The position numbers were made by a program, and so were the translations under genes. Source: Sedimentisphaerales bacterium (GTDB taxonomy: Bacteria > Planctomycetota > Phycisphaerae > Sedimentisphaerales > SM23-30). Taken from it: DNA of 64,000 bases. The DNA is taken from assembly GCA_963663965.2 (NCBI GenBank), contig CAXXFK010000042.1, positions 96,001-160,000 on the forward strand. Reading direction: 5' to 3'. Below are positions 61,614-64,000 of this stretch, piece after piece (the first letter of the stretch is position 1; each line of letters opens with the position of its first letter). A model generated the notes under the pieces. That model saw only the letters and a program-made list of their open reading frames with translations, had not been told where the DNA came from and ran no database searches.

Positions 61614-62342
61614 TTAGTCGTTATCTTGCTTGTCTTTTTTCTTGTTTTTGTCGGATTGTTTGACTTTGGTTGTTTTACGGTCTTTGTCTTTGGTTCTGTT
61701 ATCACCAGTTTTGCCGTTATCATCGTCGTCATCATCATCGTCGCCGACCTTGCCGTTATCATCGTCGTCATCATCGTCATCGCCGACCTTGCCGTTATCA
61801 TCATCCTCATCTTTGCCCTTTCCGACGTTGGCCGCTTTTTTCTCCGGTTCTTCCGCCGGCAACACTTTGCCATTAGCGGTTACGGCAACTTCGTATTCTT
61901 TGCCATCAATCACGTATTTGGCGGCATAAACGGTTTTGGGTTTCGCCAGTTTCACCGCTCTCATTTCTGCGTGAATGGTTTCTTTTTCCACCTCGACAAT
62001 TTTGGCATTTTTGAGTTTTGTCTTCAGTGCTTTTTGCACCGCTTCAGGTAGATCTTTGGCATCCATTTCAATTTCCACCGACAACACGGTACCATCCGTC
62101 GCTATCGAAACCGTCTGCTCTTCATCGTCGTTGGTCATTTCAACTTCATAGACTTTGTAAGACTCCATTTCCTCAACAATTTTTTCGATGTCGGCATCAG
62201 GAAACAGTTTGGCGATGACGGCTTTGATCTTTCCGGGCAGTTCGATCTTTCCGGGATTCAGGGTTTTGGCCGGCGCCACGTTGCCCAGGAACATGACAAC
62301 AGCCACAATAAGTACAATTCGGGTCCAATTTTTAGTTTTCAT
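61614..62342 (-). CDS. Periplasmic PepSY-like (BLIP-like) protein with an acidic repeat tail (start taken at MKTKNW)
   Basis: Signal peptide; LPxxxK...YEVE...DGxVL repeats; AAGGAG RBS. Confidence 0.75.
   Translation of the reverse strand: MKTKNWTRIVLIVAVVMFLGNVAPAKTLNPGKIELPGKIKAVIAKLFPDADIEKIVEEMESYKVYEVEMTNDDEEQTVSIATDGTVLSVEIEMDAKDLPEAVQKALKTKLKNAKIVEVEKETIHAEMRAVKLAKPKTVYAAKYVIDGKEYEVAVTANGKVLPAEEPEKKAANVGKGKDEDDDNGKVGDDDDDDDDNGKVGDDDDDDDDNGKTGDNRTKDKDRKTTKVKQSDKNKKKDKQDND
61711..61805. repeat. 39-bp coding tandem repeat, about 2.4 copies (VGDDDDDDDDNGK)
   Basis: Unit ttgccgttatcatcgtcgtcatcatcatcgtcgccgacc at 61711 and 61750, partial at 61789. Confidence 0.85.
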
Positions 62343-62412
62343 GTCGATACTCCTTGAATGAAGGTTAACAGTATACCGGCACATACCGGCATAGAGTCAT
62401 TAATGTTGGCAA

Positions 62413-63426
62413 TTACTGCCGTTTGACAATCAGGGTGCAGGCCAGAACCGGGGATCCCCGCCGGCTGAAAGCCGTTCCTTTGACTTCCCGCAAGTCGAAA
62501 GTGACCGTATAGGAACCTGGTAAATCCGGGCAGGTTAAGTTGTGATTCAAACTGATGGTTTTCCCCGGGGGCAATGGGTACGCGGGCAATCGGGTAAAGG
62601 TTTTGAGGGGGTCCGCCGGCCCGTTAATTAAACTGTAAAGCTCGATCGGATGATCGGGATTGTCAACCGGGATCGTCAGGCTGGATGCGTTTTTAACTTG
62701 CAGGTCGATAGTGAGCATTTCACCGGTCCGGCCGGTCATCTGCGGTGGTCCGTCAATAAGAACATGGTAATAACCGGGATGATATATGGTATGAGCCCAG
62801 GTTTTAAATCGTTGGGTATTATCGGGAGATTCCTGGTGTTCGGCACACCAGTTTCGATAATCCTCAAACAGACGGCTGATATGATCGCCTCCTTTGCGGG
62901 TCTTCCAGGGGCCGGGAATCACATACGCATTCCGGCAGGCGGCATCCAATGTGATAGTGCCGGAAAGCCAGGCCGCCAAAGCGCCAATGGTCCGGCTGCG
63001 ATCAATACCATCCCGGCAATGGATCAGGATCGGGCGCGGCGCCGTTTCCAGTATATCCAGAATACGAATCAGACGCTGAGGCGCGATGGCGCGGTAAGCG
63101 CTAAGAGAGACATCTTCCAGTTGAATGGCATGGTTACTGGCCAGGTTCTCTTCCATGGCATGATCCGGCGAGTCGATACCCCGCAAATTCAGAATCGTTC
63201 GGATGCTCTTCTGAGTAATCCAGTTTTCCAGTTGAGCAGCAGATGGCTGACCAGATCGGTATATTTCACCTGGAACAACGGTATGCAATGAATGTGTCCA
63301 GAAATAATAACCGCAATAGATAAAGCTCAATGCCAATAAGCCGAGAAGAAGGCGCTTAATGAATTTACGGCCTGATTTTTTACTTTTAAAAGGTGATGTC
63401 ATGATGGATAGTTGATCAGATTTCAA
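62413..63426 (-). CDS. Membrane-anchored Cys-based (tyrosine/dual-specificity-like) phosphatase with a C-terminal Ig-like domain
   Basis: YRSGQP, ILNLRG, catalytic HCRDGIDRS (CX5R). Confidence 0.85.
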   Translation of the reverse strand: MKSDQLSIMTSPFKSKKSGRKFIKRLLLGLLALSFIYCGYYFWTHSLHTVVPGEIYRSGQPSAAQLENWITQKSIRTILNLRGIDSPDHAMEENLASNHAIQLEDVSLSAYRAIAPQRLIRILDILETAPRPILIHCRDGIDRSRTIGALAAWLSGTITLDAACRNAYVIPGPWKTRKGGDHISRLFEDYRNWCAEHQESPDNTQRFKTWAHTIYHPGYYHVLIDGPPQMTGRTGEMLTIDLQVKNASSLTIPVDNPDHPIELYSLINGPADPLKTFTRLPAYPLPPGKTISLNHNLTCPDLPGSYTVTFDLREVKGTAFSRRGSPVLACTLIVKRQ

Positions 63427-63660
63427 GATTTATGCTGTTATCGATGCCCGCAAGTTTATCGAAAGATAAATGAGAATATGGTGAGAATAGATAAATTTAC
63501 AAAAAAAACATAATCCGAACCCCGATCAAGTTATTTAGGCGTAACCTATTGATAAATAATTAGTTGTGTCGATATTGACTAAAGGCATTCCTTTTGCTAC
63601 AATCACTATTTTATAATTTTACTTTGGCAGCAAAAAAACCGTTAGAAAGTTTGATCGAAT

Positions 63661-64000
63661 ATGAAAATATCGCTGGATTGGCTCAAAGACTATGTGGATT
63701 ACACTGGCACCGTTGCGGAACTGGTTGAACTGTTGACCCATGTGGGTTTTCCGGTGGAAGAAACCCATCAGGTTGGTGATGACTGGATGCTGGATGTGGA
63801 AGTCACCAGCAACCGTCCCGATTGCCTGGGCCATATCGGTATTGCCCGCGAAGTGGCGGCGGCGGCCGGTCTCTCCTGGCGGTTACCCGAGGTGAATCTG
63901 GTCGAAGACGATCCAAAAGATGTCAGCGAATATGCCGTGGTTAAAGATGAGGCGCTGGACCTGTGCAGTCGATATACAGCCCGGGTGGTAACGGGGGTCA
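63661..64000 (+). CDS. pheT: Phenylalanine-tRNA ligase beta subunit, 5' part (runs off the window)
   Basis: MKISLDWLKDYV...DVEVTSNRPDCLGHIGIARE...CSRYTARVV. Confidence 0.93.
   Translation, partial: MKISLDWLKDYVDYTGTVAELVELLTHVGFPVEETHQVGDDWMLDVEVTSNRPDCLGHIGIAREVAAAAGLSWRLPEVNLVEDDPKDVSEYAVVKDEALDLCSRYTARVVTGV

Noticed and set aside
1..64000. CRISPR array, tRNA or rRNA genes
   Set aside because: No regularly spaced repeat-spacer series, cloverleaf or rRNA-like sequence was recognised by eye

Overview
Bacterial chromosomal window, most likely from a planctomycete (Phycisphaerae/Sedimentisphaerales-like). This is inferred from PEP-CTERM proteins, an H-X9-DG prepilin-like protein, LamG/dockerin-like secreted proteins, lpxD-lpxI and a short PheT. 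Housekeeping genes (thyX, lpxD, lpxI, tsaA, carA, partial pheT) are mixed with accessory loci. (1) A TetR-controlled kamA / GNAT-deacetylase fusion / 2x ATP-grasp / GNAT operon. (2) An AT-rich island with a restriction-endonuclease-STAND NTPase gene and a TIR-like gene. (3) A proteasome-less Pup/UBact-like module: an unannotated 52-aa ORF ending in -QESGE, coupled to a PafA/Dop-family ligase gene and preceded by TPR genes. (4) A glycoside hydrolase cluster. (5) A retron of the ARM + SWIM + ncRNA + RT (type XIII-like) kind. Its msr-msd RNA can be read from the sequence. Its RT gene is split by an IS5-like element, and removing that element restores an in-frame N-terminal transmembrane helix. 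All calls come from reading motifs by eye; no database searches were run.
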